A DNA stretch of 64,000 bases, taken from Actinomycetota bacterium. Its GTDB lineage: Bacteria > Actinomycetota > Acidimicrobiia > Acidimicrobiales > Ilumatobacteraceae. The position numbers and the translations under genes were made by a program. The notes beneath the pieces were generated by a model that saw nothing but the letters and a program-made list of their open reading frames with translations, did no database searches and was not told the origin of the DNA. The DNA lies in NCBI GenBank assembly GCA_037129095.1, contig JBAXVL010000001.1:53437-117436 (forward strand), in the 5' to 3' direction. Position 1 is the stretch's first letter, and every line of letters starts with the position of its first letter. Below are positions 18,308 through 28,560 of the stretch, piece by piece.

Positions 18308-18937
18308 CTATTTGGCACGACCTGCTGTCGCCGCTATGAGCCCGAGCCCTATAAACAGACTTCCCGATACGTAGCGTTGAATTAATGGAAGTGTTCGGCC
18401 CCGCAGAAGAAGGTGCCGCAGCCCGCTCGCCATCAAGGAATACGAGCCGTTGAACAAGGTGGCCAGTACTACAAAGATCGCACCGAGAAACAACGATTGA
18501 AGCGTTGCGTGGTCTGAGGTTGTGTCAATGAACTGCGGAAAGATTGACAGGAAGAACAAAGCAGTTTTGGGGTTTAGCGCATTCACAATTATTCCCTGAC
18601 GAAATGCTTGCTTCGTTGACACAGCTGCCTGATCACCATCAACTGCAACTGGCTCGCGCGTTAATGTACGAATGCCGGTGTACACCAAGTAGAGAACTCC
18701 TGCCCATTTCACAAGATTGAACAACGTTGCAGATGCCGAGAGCACTGCACTAAGGCCTAAGGACGCAAATAGCACTTGAATCGCATCACCCACTTCTAAC
18801 CCAGCAACTGCGGCAAGTCCTACTGTGCGACCATCACTAATACTCCGATTCAGAATGTAGAGAACTGCGGGACCGGGAATCAGTAACAGCGCGACAGTTG
18901 CTGCACAGAAAGCAAGAATGGTCGACAACTCAGGCAC
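18308..18937 (-). CDS. LysE/RhtB family amino-acid exporter
   Basis: 209 aa with six hydrophobic segments. The N-terminal LLIPGPAVLYILNRS motif is typical of LysE translocators. Confidence 0.85.
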   Translation of the reverse strand: MPELSTILAFCAATVALLLIPGPAVLYILNRSISDGRTVGLAAVAGLEVGDAIQVLFASLGLSAVLSASATLFNLVKWAGVLYLVYTGIRTLTREPVAVDGDQAAVSTKQAFRQGIIVNALNPKTALFFLSIFPQFIDTTSDHATLQSLFLGAIFVVLATLFNGSYSLMASGLRHLLLRGRTLPLIQRYVSGSLFIGLGLIAATAGRAK

Positions 18938-18992
18938 GCCCCAACCGTACCAATTCCATGCACGACCACATCACGCGATATACGGTTGACAT

Positions 18993-19412
18993 ATGGATTT
19001 TTCATCAATAAACCCAATCGGAATTGGAATAGCGACACTTGCTGGTTTTGTAATCGGTGCGCTGTGGTTTAGTCCGAAAACATTTTTTCCCATGTGGTGG
19101 AAAGCTATGGGCAAGGGTGACGCACAGCCTGGCGAGGGCCAGAACATGGGCGTTGTATTTACATCACTTGTCGTGACACTGGTAATTCAAGCCGTTGTTC
19201 TCTCTGGTCTGATCAATGGTCTCTACGGCCATCACGCGTCAGTACTGCACGGAGTTCTTGTAGGAGCCGTAGTCGGTCTTGGTATCTCAGCAACGCACTC
19301 ACTTGGTCATCGTCTCTTTGCAGGTCAGGGCTGGCTTGTCTGGGCACTCGAAATAGGCAACGACATAGTTGCTGCAATTGCCATGGCTGCCATCATCACT
19401 CTTCTCAATTAG
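18993..19412 (+). CDS. DUF1761-family small membrane protein
   Basis: 139 aa with 4 TM segments. The N-terminus INPIGIGIATLAGFVIGALWFSPKTFFPMWWKAMGK resembles DUF1761. Confidence 0.65.
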   Translation: MDFSSINPIGIGIATLAGFVIGALWFSPKTFFPMWWKAMGKGDAQPGEGQNMGVVFTSLVVTLVIQAVVLSGLINGLYGHHASVLHGVLVGAVVGLGISATHSLGHRLFAGQGWLVWALEIGNDIVAAIAMAAIITLLN

Positions 19413-19423
19413 AAACGCGTCAG

Positions 19424-19660
19424 ATGACGCCTCATGTAAAAGATGTAGAGAAATATCTCTCTGCAGTGCCGGAACCACAACAATCAACGTTGCGGGCTCT
19501 TCGCACAACAATCATGGAGTTACTTCCTCTGGGTGAAGACGCCATGAGATACGGCGTTCCCGTGGTAGTGGTAAACGGGAAAGCCATTGCCCAAAACACT
19601 TGTCAAAAAACTTATTCGCGCTCGCCTCTCGCAACTCGGCTTCTAACTCAACTACTCTGA
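19424..19660 (+). pseudogene. DUF1801 (YdhG-like) gene remnant with internal out-of-frame deletion
   Basis: The first about 55 aa (VEKYLSAVPEPQQSTLRALRTTIMELLPLGEDAMRYGVPVVVVNGKAIA) match the N-terminal half of YdhG-like proteins. The typical C-terminus KTLVKKLIRARLSQLGF* is present but in another frame (stop 19644-19646). The about 45 aa normally between them are missing. Confidence 0.5.
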
Positions 19661-19664
19661 AGCC

Positions 19665-20114
19665 ATGCGCGCTTTAGTACAACGAGTTCTACATGCATCC
19701 GTTGATGCTGAAGTTGATGGCACAACTATTCGAGCCGGCGAAATTGAAAAGGGACTTCTCGTTCTTCTTGGCATCACTCACACCGATACTGATGCCACTG
19801 CAAAGAAAATGGCGGACAAAATCTGGAATCTTCGCATTATGGATGACGACAACGGCGTCATGAATTTTTCCATTGCTGATTCCACAAAGAGCCTCTTGCT
19901 TATCAGTCAATTCACTTTGTACGGCGAAACAAACACTGGGCGTCGGCCCACATGGACCGCGGCAGCTAAACCTGAATATGCAGAACCATTGGTACGCCAA
20001 GTCGTAAGCGAGTTACAACAACTCGGTGCGCAGGTTGAAACGGGACGATTTCGGACCTACATGCAAGTGTCCTCCGTCAATGACGGTCCGACCACCGTGT
20101 CGATTGAAATTTAG
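19665..20114 (+). CDS. dtd: D-aminoacyl-tRNA deacylase
   Basis: MRALVQRVLHASV...GLLVLLGITHTD...LLLISQFTLYG....GRRP.W and a 149-aa length are typical Dtd features. Confidence 0.9.
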   Translation: MRALVQRVLHASVDAEVDGTTIRAGEIEKGLLVLLGITHTDTDATAKKMADKIWNLRIMDDDNGVMNFSIADSTKSLLLISQFTLYGETNTGRRPTWTAAAKPEYAEPLVRQVVSELQQLGAQVETGRFRTYMQVSSVNDGPTTVSIEI

Positions 20115-20785
20115 ATTTGGTGAATTAGTTCTTCAACGGGCGTCACCATGCCCACGTAGAACGCACCAAATTCGGCATAGACCGCAGATGCTTCGTCATA
20201 TCGCATGGTGTACACCACTTCTTTGAGATCATCTGGGTTCACTGCAAACAGCGTGACGCCCCATTCGTAATCATCAAGGCCGGTAGAACCAGTGACTAAT
20301 TGAATGATGCGGCCAGCAAACGTACGTCCGCTCTTGCCATGTTCCTCCATGAGTTCTTTGCGCTTATCGAATTCAAGTGTGAACCAGTTGTCTTTGTGTT
20401 CACGACGCTTTGACATCGGGTAAAAGCACCATGCATTTTTTCCAGCAGGAGGAAGCTGCGGATACAAGCGAGCATTCAGCATTTCTTCTGGCATGCCTTT
20501 TGAATATTCGGAAACTTCAGTCAACGAAATGTAACTGTCAACGATGTCAAGACCAGCGTGCTGAATACCGGTCTGCAATGCCTTGAGTTCGCGCATGTCA
20601 GCAGCAACACCCATAACTGCAACATCAGCTTTATGGCCCAACATGGCGACTGTGATCACAGTGACTCCGGCGGCTTCAGCGGCTTTCACGGCTGCAACAA
20701 GTGCATCACCGTCGTATTCAAAACTTGGCTTGCAAAAATAGTGGACTACTGCAAGACCAACTGACGGGGACATCGGTTCGCTCAT
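20111..20785 (-). CDS. hemQ: coproheme decarboxylase / hydrogen-peroxide-dependent heme synthase (chlorite dismutase family)
   Basis: ARLYPQLPPAGKNAWCFYPMSKRREHKDNWFTLEFDKRKELMEEHG and the WGVTLFAVNPDDLKEVVYTMRYDE motif. The ATG at 20785 avoids overlap with the upstream gene stop at 20796. Confidence 0.85.
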   Translation of the reverse strand: MSEPMSPSVGLAVVHYFCKPSFEYDGDALVAAVKAAEAAGVTVITVAMLGHKADVAVMGVAADMRELKALQTGIQHAGLDIVDSYISLTEVSEYSKGMPEEMLNARLYPQLPPAGKNAWCFYPMSKRREHKDNWFTLEFDKRKELMEEHGKSGRTFAGRIIQLVTGSTGLDDYEWGVTLFAVNPDDLKEVVYTMRYDEASAVYAEFGAFYVGMVTPVEELIHQI

Positions 20786-20795
20786 ACTTGTAACG

Positions 20796-21677
20796 CTATC
20801 GGCGAGCCAGAACTGCGGAGGCAAAACGTGACGGCGCCTCGTGGTCGACCTGCAAGAAAAATGACGGTTCTGCTAATTCCAGCTCCATAACCACCGGGAC
20901 TCCCGCAGATCCACGCACCGCATCAACACGGGCATACAGGGGGTACTCGCCCCACTTCTTCTTCACAAGGGTCATGACTGCTTCGCCCAATTCACGTTCT
21001 TGTGCACTGGCAGTACGCGGTGTGATTTCTTCCACAGTGAAGAGTCCATTTTTTATGTTGTCGCCAGTGGCCAATATGGCGCCTTTACGAAACGAATGGC
21101 TCAACCGACCATTGAAGTACACCATGCCTGTTTCGCCGCGTTCGTCGATAAAGCGTTGGTACGGCTGCACCATTGCTGCAAATCCTGCATCAAGCAGAAA
21201 TCCCAAATGTGCCGCTGCTTTTACGGGTGACTCTTCATGACGTTCTGTGTTATTTGAACCAGCACTAATTGTTGGCTTCACCACAATGTCGCGCTCGAGC
21301 ATTCCTTCGTTCGTGATGGTGACTAGTTCCTCAGCCGAACGCACGAACGTGGTGGGAACAATGCCGATTCCAGCATCTACCAATTCAGAAAGATATTCCT
21401 TATTGGTGTTCCACCGAATGACTTCAGCTGAGTTATGCAAGGTAGTTGTTGCAGATACCGTGTCGAGCCACGCTAAAAATTCTGGATAGCGGCGGTGATA
21501 ATCCCATGGCGACCGAACAATCGCCATCTCAAAGCGCGACCAATCGACTGCAGAGTCTTCCCAATTGACTACTTCCGTAATGATGCCGCGGTCGCCAAGG
21601 GCGCGCGACAAATACGGTAAGTCGGTATCAAATTCTTGCGCCTCTGCCCCGCTTACAAGAGCGATGACGCGCGACAT
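20796..21677 (-). CDS. ATP-grasp domain protein (RimK/glutathione-synthetase-like)
   Basis: The ATG at 21677 (MSRVIALVSGAE) lies just downstream of the groEL stop. Supporting motifs are VRSPWDYHRRYPEFLAWL, NKEYLSEL, VVKPTISAGS and VVMELELAEPSFF. Confidence 0.7.
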   Translation of the reverse strand: MSRVIALVSGAEAQEFDTDLPYLSRALGDRGIITEVVNWEDSAVDWSRFEMAIVRSPWDYHRRYPEFLAWLDTVSATTTLHNSAEVIRWNTNKEYLSELVDAGIGIVPTTFVRSAEELVTITNEGMLERDIVVKPTISAGSNNTERHEESPVKAAAHLGFLLDAGFAAMVQPYQRFIDERGETGMVYFNGRLSHSFRKGAILATGDNIKNGLFTVEEITPRTASAQERELGEAVMTLVKKKWGEYPLYARVDAVRGSAGVPVVMELELAEPSFFLQVDHEAPSRFASAVLARR

Positions 21678-21698
21678 GAAAGATGTAGAGAGTGAAGT

Positions 21699-23385
<1,687 letters not shown>

Positions 23386-23402
23386 TCACACTGGAACAGA
23401 CG

Positions 23403-23429
23403 ACTAGCACTCTACCGTTGAGACTGCTA
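23403..23429 (-). promoter_or_regulatory. CIRCE (HrcA operator) upstream of groEL
   Basis: On the gene strand it reads TTAGCAGTC-N9-GAGTGCTAG, against the consensus TTAGCACTC-N9-GAGTGCTAA (two mismatches). It lies about 65-90 nt upstream of the groEL ATG. Confidence 0.75.
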
Positions 23430-23430
23430 A

Positions 23431-23460
23431 CGGCACTACCCCTCACCGAGGAAGCAGTGC
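23431..23460 (-). terminator. imperfect hairpin directly after the CysO-like gene
   Basis: On the minus strand it reads GGCACTGCTTCCTC-ggt-GAGGGGTAGTGCC, about 13 pairs including G:U and one bulge. It sits 8 nt after the stop at 23468 and abuts CIRCE. Confidence 0.4.
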
Positions 23461-23467
23461 CTGAGAT

Positions 23468-23746
23468 TTAGAGGCCGCCAGCGACGGCGGGGATGATGGA
23501 GACCGTGTCTCCGGGCGCTACTGGGGTGTCTAACCCTTGCAAATAGCGCACATCGTCGTCAGAGACAAAGACATTGACGAACTTGTGCAGGTCGCCTGTG
23601 GCGTCGAAGAGGCGCTCATTAAAGCCAGCATGGGCTGCATTGAGGGCCACAAGCACGTCGCGCAATGTGGCACCTTCCACAGAAACGGTGGATGCGCCGC
23701 CTGAGATGGGGCGCATTGTGGTGGGAATTCGTACGGTCACGGCCAT
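23468..23746 (-). CDS. MoaD/ThiS-family ubiquitin-like sulfur carrier, CysO-like, ending ...AVAGG-L
   Basis: MAVTVRIPTTMRPISGGASTVSVEGATLRDVLVALNAAHAGFNERLFD..GDLHKFVNVFVSDDDVRYLQGLDTPVAPGDTVSIIPAVAGGL. It is collinear with my recollection of M. tuberculosis CysO, but one Leu codon follows the Gly-Gly (read directly at 23471-23479). Confidence 0.8.
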   Translation of the reverse strand: MAVTVRIPTTMRPISGGASTVSVEGATLRDVLVALNAAHAGFNERLFDATGDLHKFVNVFVSDDDVRYLQGLDTPVAPGDTVSIIPAVAGGL

Positions 23747-23766
23747 ATGCAAACCCTACCGAACTA

Positions 23767-25212
23767 CTAGTAATTCGCCACCAAAGGGGCCACTTTGTCG
23801 CGCCATGGCATAGCAGTTTCCAATTGCGATGCGAGCCGCACGAGAACATCTTCGCGAAAGGGTGCACCGACGAATTGCACACCCATGGGAAGACCAGTTG
23901 ATGACCAATGCAGGGGAAGACTGATTGCTGGCTGTCCAGTCAAATTGAACTGTGATGTGTAGGCCATGATCTCGCGCAAATGACGTCCGCCGTTTTCGCC
24001 ACTGAGGTGACCAATGCGTGGTGGAGGTCCGGCCAGTGTTGGCGATACAAGAATGTCAAAACCTTTTGAACCATCAGTTGGTTCCCACCATTGCACTACT
24101 CGCCTGCACCAGGAATGCAACCATTCCATATTTGACAAATACATTTCCGCTGTCACTGCCCTACCCATTTCGCGCATGCGAATGTTGTCTGGTTCTAAAT
24201 CACCTTCACCAATTGTGCGACCAAGTATTGATTCAAATGTGGAAACGTCCCGATGTGTCCACGCCGCAACAATTGCTGTGAACTTTCCGGCAGAGGATTC
24301 ATCATTCAAATGTTCTGGCCAGGCAACGGAAACATCATGACCTAATGCAGTCAGTTGATCTGCGACACGTGCGACTGATGCACGCGACTCTGGGTCGTCT
24401 AATTGAAATCCGAACAATGGATGATCAAGAATTCCAATGCGTAACCGACCAGGGTCAATGCCAACTTCTTGCGACAAAGGTCGTGAAAATGGGGGCGCGG
24501 TGTACGGGTCACCCGATTCGTATCCGCAGATCACATCAAGAACTGCAGCTGTGTCGCGCACAGTGCGAGTCACGCAACCGTCAATAGTTGCGCCCATCCA
24601 TGTTTCACCAAGATCAGGGCCTTTGCTCACACGACCACGTGATGGTTTGAGTCCGACAAGACCGCATTCGCTTGCTGGAACACGAATGGAACCGCCGCCA
24701 TCATTTGCATGCCCCACTGACACAATGTGTGCAGCCACACTTGCTGCAGACCCACCACTTGAACCACCCGTTGAATGTTCGAGATTCCACGGGTTACGTG
24801 TTGGTCCGTAGGACAACGGTTCAGTTGTGATTGTGTTTCCGAATTCAGGAGTGTTGGTTCGACCAATAACGACAAACCCTGCGCGTAAGAAACGTTGTGT
24901 CAAATAGCTACTGCGCTGCGCAATGTATTGTTCGTTTTTCAAGAAACGAGTTCCCATGTGGTGTGGTTCACCAGCAAGTGGGGCGCCCAAATCTTTGAGA
25001 ACCAGGGGCACACCCGTAAATGGCCCAGCGGGCAATCCGGCGTCTGCTTCTTTTTGTGCACGTTCAAACCGTGGGTGAATAATTGCGTTGATATCGCCAT
25101 TGACCGATTCGGCCTGAGCAATGGCTGCGTCAACGAGTTCGCGGGCGGAAACTTTTCCGCTTGCAACTAGTCCGGCTTGGTCGACTGCATCAAGGTTTGT
25201 CAATTCACTCAT
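23767..25212 (-). CDS. amidase (amidase-signature family)
   Basis: GGSSGGSAASVAA together with the upstream GVPLVLKD and RNPWN motifs. 481 aa. Confidence 0.9.
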   Translation of the reverse strand: MSELTNLDAVDQAGLVASGKVSARELVDAAIAQAESVNGDINAIIHPRFERAQKEADAGLPAGPFTGVPLVLKDLGAPLAGEPHHMGTRFLKNEQYIAQRSSYLTQRFLRAGFVVIGRTNTPEFGNTITTEPLSYGPTRNPWNLEHSTGGSSGGSAASVAAHIVSVGHANDGGGSIRVPASECGLVGLKPSRGRVSKGPDLGETWMGATIDGCVTRTVRDTAAVLDVICGYESGDPYTAPPFSRPLSQEVGIDPGRLRIGILDHPLFGFQLDDPESRASVARVADQLTALGHDVSVAWPEHLNDESSAGKFTAIVAAWTHRDVSTFESILGRTIGEGDLEPDNIRMREMGRAVTAEMYLSNMEWLHSWCRRVVQWWEPTDGSKGFDILVSPTLAGPPPRIGHLSGENGGRHLREIMAYTSQFNLTGQPAISLPLHWSSTGLPMGVQFVGAPFREDVLVRLASQLETAMPWRDKVAPLVANY

Positions 25213-25245
25213 GGCGCAACCTTATGCGCACCGTAAGGTAGGCAC

Positions 25246-26244
25246 ATGCGCGTACTGGCTGCAGCCGACAAGTTCAAAGGAACAGCAACCGCTACTCAGG
25301 TGTGCGCTGCTATCGGCCATGCCTGTTGGAACCTCAATATTGACTGCGTGGAAATGCCCATGGCAGATGGCGGTGAAGGCACGCTCGACGTTCTCGGTGG
25401 TGCAAATCGCGTCACCACTGTGGCTGGACCACTGGGGCATCCTGTGCACGCTGAATGGCGACTACATCGCGGTGTTGCAGTTATTGAAATGGCTCGCGCC
25501 TCCGGACTGACGCTTGTTGGTGGCGCCGAACAGAATGATGCAATCGCAGCTTCAACAACCGGCACGGGGCAACTCATCGACATCGCACTCAACGAAGGTG
25601 CAAAGAAGATCATTGTGTGTCTCGGCGGATCTGCAACAACAGATGGTGGGTATGGAGCACTGCGCGCAATCAGCACACCAGCGCGATTACTAGCCGTTGA
25701 TTTTCTGGTTGCGTGCGACGTTGACACTTTATTCACCGATGCAGCAAACGTTTTTGCCCCACAAAAGGGTGCGACCAAATCAGAAGTAAGCCTTCTCACT
25801 GGCCGTCTTGAACGGCTAGCACAAATGTATGAATCGGAATACGGAATCAATGTTGCAGAGCTACCAGGGTCTGGCGCAGCAGGCGGACTTGCGGGCGCGC
25901 TCGCTGCATTGGGCGCAACATTGATGCCTGGCTTCGACATCGTTGCTGAAGAAGTTGACTTTGATGAAGCGATTCACAACACAGACCTGATCATCACCGG
26001 CGAAGGCTTGCTTGATGACACAAGCTTTGACGGAAAAGTTGTTGGAAGCGTGTGCGACTATGCACGAGAGTCAAAAACAAACGTCTCTGCGATTGTCGGT
26101 GACATTGACGAAGCAATGGACGCATCTTTATATACAAATCTGCGCGTCAGCAGTTTGACCGCAAAATTTGGTGCAGACGAGTCAATGACTCACGTGTTGC
26201 GTTGCATTGAAGAAGCAGCACGCGAGATGCTGCAGAGTTCGTAG
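25246..26244 (+). CDS. glycerate kinase
   Basis: MRVLAAADKFKGTATATQV ... PMADGGEGT ... GGSATTDGG ... LIITGEGLLDDTSFDGKV are GlxK/GarK family motifs. It is somewhat short at 332 aa. Confidence 0.85.
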   Translation: MRVLAAADKFKGTATATQVCAAIGHACWNLNIDCVEMPMADGGEGTLDVLGGANRVTTVAGPLGHPVHAEWRLHRGVAVIEMARASGLTLVGGAEQNDAIAASTTGTGQLIDIALNEGAKKIIVCLGGSATTDGGYGALRAISTPARLLAVDFLVACDVDTLFTDAANVFAPQKGATKSEVSLLTGRLERLAQMYESEYGINVAELPGSGAAGGLAGALAALGATLMPGFDIVAEEVDFDEAIHNTDLIITGEGLLDDTSFDGKVVGSVCDYARESKTNVSAIVGDIDEAMDASLYTNLRVSSLTAKFGADESMTHVLRCIEEAAREMLQSS

Positions 26245-26247
26245 CTA

Positions 26248-26862
26248 TTAACCAGCGACAGTTGTTGTCGTTGTCGCTGCAGCTCCACTACCGCCACCAA
26301 CAACACCAGCAAGTGGCTTGTTCGCAAGGTCAGTTCCTAGCAAAATCAGAATGCATGCCTCGCCGACAGATCCAGTTTCCACGGGAATTGGTTGTGGCAT
26401 GGCGGCTACTTCAACTGCGCCGCCAAGAACCGTCGCTACGTTCTGCGATGCAGCTTCACAGCCAGCAAGATAAAACACGCCAGTCTTTGCACGCTTGGCA
26501 GTGCCAGCAGCCACGTTCATTGCTACCTGCACTACATAGCCCTGGTCTTGCAATTTGGTTGTCAGGTCGCCAGCACTGCCGGCAAGACCTGATGCATTTG
26601 CGACTTGAATCTTGAATCCATTGATGCTGAATGGCGCAAGTGTTGTGGGGGCCGATGGATCAACTGATCCGCCAGGTGCCACAGTGCCACTCGGGTCTTT
26701 CGTGCCAACTGGTGAAATGGTGGATGACCCGCCGTCGCCGCGCACATCGCGCAGAATGAGAAATCCGAGCACCAAGGCAACAACTGCGACGGCTGCGCCG
26801 AGGGTGCCTGTGCTTGGCGATGAAAGTGATGGGCGCCGAGCGCCTGGTTTTTGCTGGCTCAT
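26248..26862 (-). CDS. membrane-anchored LytR_C-domain protein
   Basis: A basic N-terminus plus TM helix (LGAAVAVVALVLGFLIL), a low-complexity linker, then KIQVANASGLAGSAGDLTTKLQDQGYVV, which is typical of the LytR C-terminal domain. Confidence 0.65.
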   Translation of the reverse strand: MSQQKPGARRPSLSSPSTGTLGAAVAVVALVLGFLILRDVRGDGGSSTISPVGTKDPSGTVAPGGSVDPSAPTTLAPFSINGFKIQVANASGLAGSAGDLTTKLQDQGYVVQVAMNVAAGTAKRAKTGVFYLAGCEAASQNVATVLGGAVEVAAMPQPIPVETGSVGEACILILLGTDLANKPLAGVVGGGSGAAATTTTTVAG

Positions 26863-26923
26863 GGAAAAGGTCCTCCGAGAGAGAAATAGGAGACATCCAC
26901 ACGGTAGTTCCTATGTGGCTACA

Positions 26924-26948
26924 GGGGTATGACACCCCGATTTTCTTT
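26924..26948 (+). terminator. terminator-like hairpin plus T-tract (orientation-ambiguous)
   Basis: GGGGT-atgac-ACCCC followed by gaTTTTCTTT on the plus strand. It lies between the tRNA-Thr 3' end and the LytR_C gene start. No plus-strand gene lies upstream. Confidence 0.3.
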
Positions 26949-26994
26949 ACTGGGTAAGGGAAACAGGCATGAGGCCGACCCTGAAGAGGGCAAA

Positions 26995-27069
26995 TGGAGC
27001 CGGGTGTGGGGATTGAACCCACGACCTACGCATTACAAGTGCGTTGCTCTACCACTGAGCTAACCCGGC
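26995..27069 (-). tRNA. tRNA-Thr (anticodon UGU), CCA encoded
   Basis: The reverse complement is GCCGGGTTAGCTCAGTGGTAGAGCAACGCACTTGTAATGCGTAGGTCGTGGGTTCAATCCCCACACCCGGCTCCA. It folds as a 7-bp acceptor, a perfect anticodon stem ACGCA/TGCGT with loop CTTGTAA, and a T-arm GTGGG-TTCAATC-CCCAC. Confidence 0.95.
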
Positions 27070-27085
27070 AAGGTGAAGGACAATC

Positions 27086-28069
27086 CTAGACGGGAGAAGC
27101 CAATCGCGCACGGGTCACTTCATACGTTGCTAGGGCCGCTGCCGCCGACACATTAAGTGACGAGACCTGACCAAGCATCGGAATACTGACCACTGTGTCG
27201 CACCGCTCCTTGACCAACCGGGAAAGGCCCGTGCCTTCAGAACCAAGGACAATGCAGATGCCGTCCGTGGCGAAGTTTGCGATATCAAACAGAGTGTTCT
27301 CGCTCGAGTCGTCAAGCCCCACTACCCAGATGCCCTTGTCGCGCATTTGTGTAATGGCAACAGGAAGACCCGGCACCAATGTCATCGGCACATGTTCAAT
27401 GGCGCCGGCTGATGTCTTTGCAACAGTCGGCGTCACATGCACGGCACGGTGCTTCGGCAAGATCACACCGGTGACACCTGCTCCGTCACAGCAACGCAAT
27501 AACGCACCAAGGTTGCCTGGGTCTGTAACACCATCAACCGCAACAAGAAATGGCATCACACCATTTCGTTTTGTCATCAGTGCGTTGAAGTCTGCTTCTT
27601 CTAACGGTTGTGCAAACGCAATAATTCCTTGCGGTGCTTCGCTGCGAGCAGTGTCTTCTAACGTGCGACGAGGAACTTCAACAACTGTGACACGCGCAGC
27701 GTCTGCAATTTGCATGATGTCATCGATAATCGCAGCAGGGTCAATGTCTTGTGCAATCCAAATTTCTTTTACTTTGCGACGTTGACCGATGAGTAATTCA
27801 CGAACTGCCTGACGACCTTCAATTTGTTCTCCACCGAGACCTTTGGCAACGGGTGCACTTCGGCGCGCATCTGATTGACGAATAGGCCGACCACGAGGTC
27901 CACCTTCACGTGGTCCACTACTGCGCGATGATGAGCCACTGCTACGACCAGTGCTCGGTGGGCGTCCGCTGCCTTTCCCACTTCCCGTATCGCGACCGCC
28001 TGCTGCGCGACCTGGCTTTCCGGTATTCACTTTGGGACTGCTTGACTTGGCTGGTTTACGTGGTGCCAT
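27086..28069 (-). CDS. rlmB: 23S rRNA (guanosine-2'-O)-methyltransferase RlmB (SpoU/TrmH family) with Arg/Gly/Ser-rich N-terminal tail
   Basis: The substrate-binding domain (IEGRQAVRELL) and SpoU motifs (DGVTDPGNLGALLRCCDGAGV; IVLGSEGTGLS; IPMLGQVSSLNVSAAAA). Confidence 0.85.
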   Translation of the reverse strand: MAPRKPAKSSSPKVNTGKPGRAAGGRDTGSGKGSGRPPSTGRSSGSSSRSSGPREGGPRGRPIRQSDARRSAPVAKGLGGEQIEGRQAVRELLIGQRRKVKEIWIAQDIDPAAIIDDIMQIADAARVTVVEVPRRTLEDTARSEAPQGIIAFAQPLEEADFNALMTKRNGVMPFLVAVDGVTDPGNLGALLRCCDGAGVTGVILPKHRAVHVTPTVAKTSAGAIEHVPMTLVPGLPVAITQMRDKGIWVVGLDDSSENTLFDIANFATDGICIVLGSEGTGLSRLVKERCDTVVSIPMLGQVSSLNVSAAAALATYEVTRARLASPV

Positions 28070-28071
28070 GA

Positions 28072-28560
28072 CTATGACTCCTTCATGATGAGTGCTGATG
28101 CGAAACAGGCGATTCCTTCGCCACGGCCAATAGAACCAAGGCCTTCTGCCCTGCGTCCTTTGACTGAAATGGGTGCGCCAGCAGCTGCTGACAACAATGC
28201 AATCATTGCATCGCGATGAGGTGCAATGCGCGGTTCTTCACACACGACACTGCAATCAACATTGCTAATGCGCCAACCAAGAGATGAAAGCTTGTGTGCG
28301 ACATCACGAAGAATCGCTAAAGAATCTGCACCTTTCCAGGCTGGGTCTGTATCGGGATAATGCTGGCCTATGTCGCCCAGACCTGCGGCGCCTAACAATG
28401 CATCTGCTGCTGCATGTGCAATGACATCTGCATCACTATGACCTACGAGTGTGCGTTCCCCGGGAAATGCGACACCACCAAGAACTAATACGCGGCCGGG
28501 CTCTGTTGTTTCTGCAAAGCGGTGGACATCAAAACCCTGACCGACACGAATGTCGACCAT
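28072..28560 (-). CDS. ispF: 2-C-methyl-D-erythritol 2,4-cyclodiphosphate synthase
   Basis: MVDIRVGQGFDVHRF ... GHSDADVIAHA..DALLGAAGLGDIG..YPD. The ATG at 28560 overlaps the ispD stop by 1 nt. Confidence 0.93.
   Translation of the reverse strand: MVDIRVGQGFDVHRFAETTEPGRVLVLGGVAFPGERTLVGHSDADVIAHAAADALLGAAGLGDIGQHYPDTDPAWKGADSLAILRDVAHKLSSLGWRISNVDCSVVCEEPRIAPHRDAMIALLSAAAGAPISVKGRRAEGLGSIGRGEGIACFASALIMKES

Noticed and set aside
17806-18385. 155- and 165-aa plus-strand ORFs
   Set aside because: They are antisense to the acyl-CoA dehydrogenase gene and to the intergenic region, have low-complexity translations, and are shadow ORFs.
25296-25940. 214-aa minus-strand ORF
   Set aside because: It is antisense to the glycerate kinase gene, which has clear family motifs. 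The translation is Ala/Ser/Pro-rich with no motif.
27195-27785. 196-aa plus-strand ORF
   Set aside because: It is antisense to rlmB, which has SpoU motifs, and is a shadow ORF.
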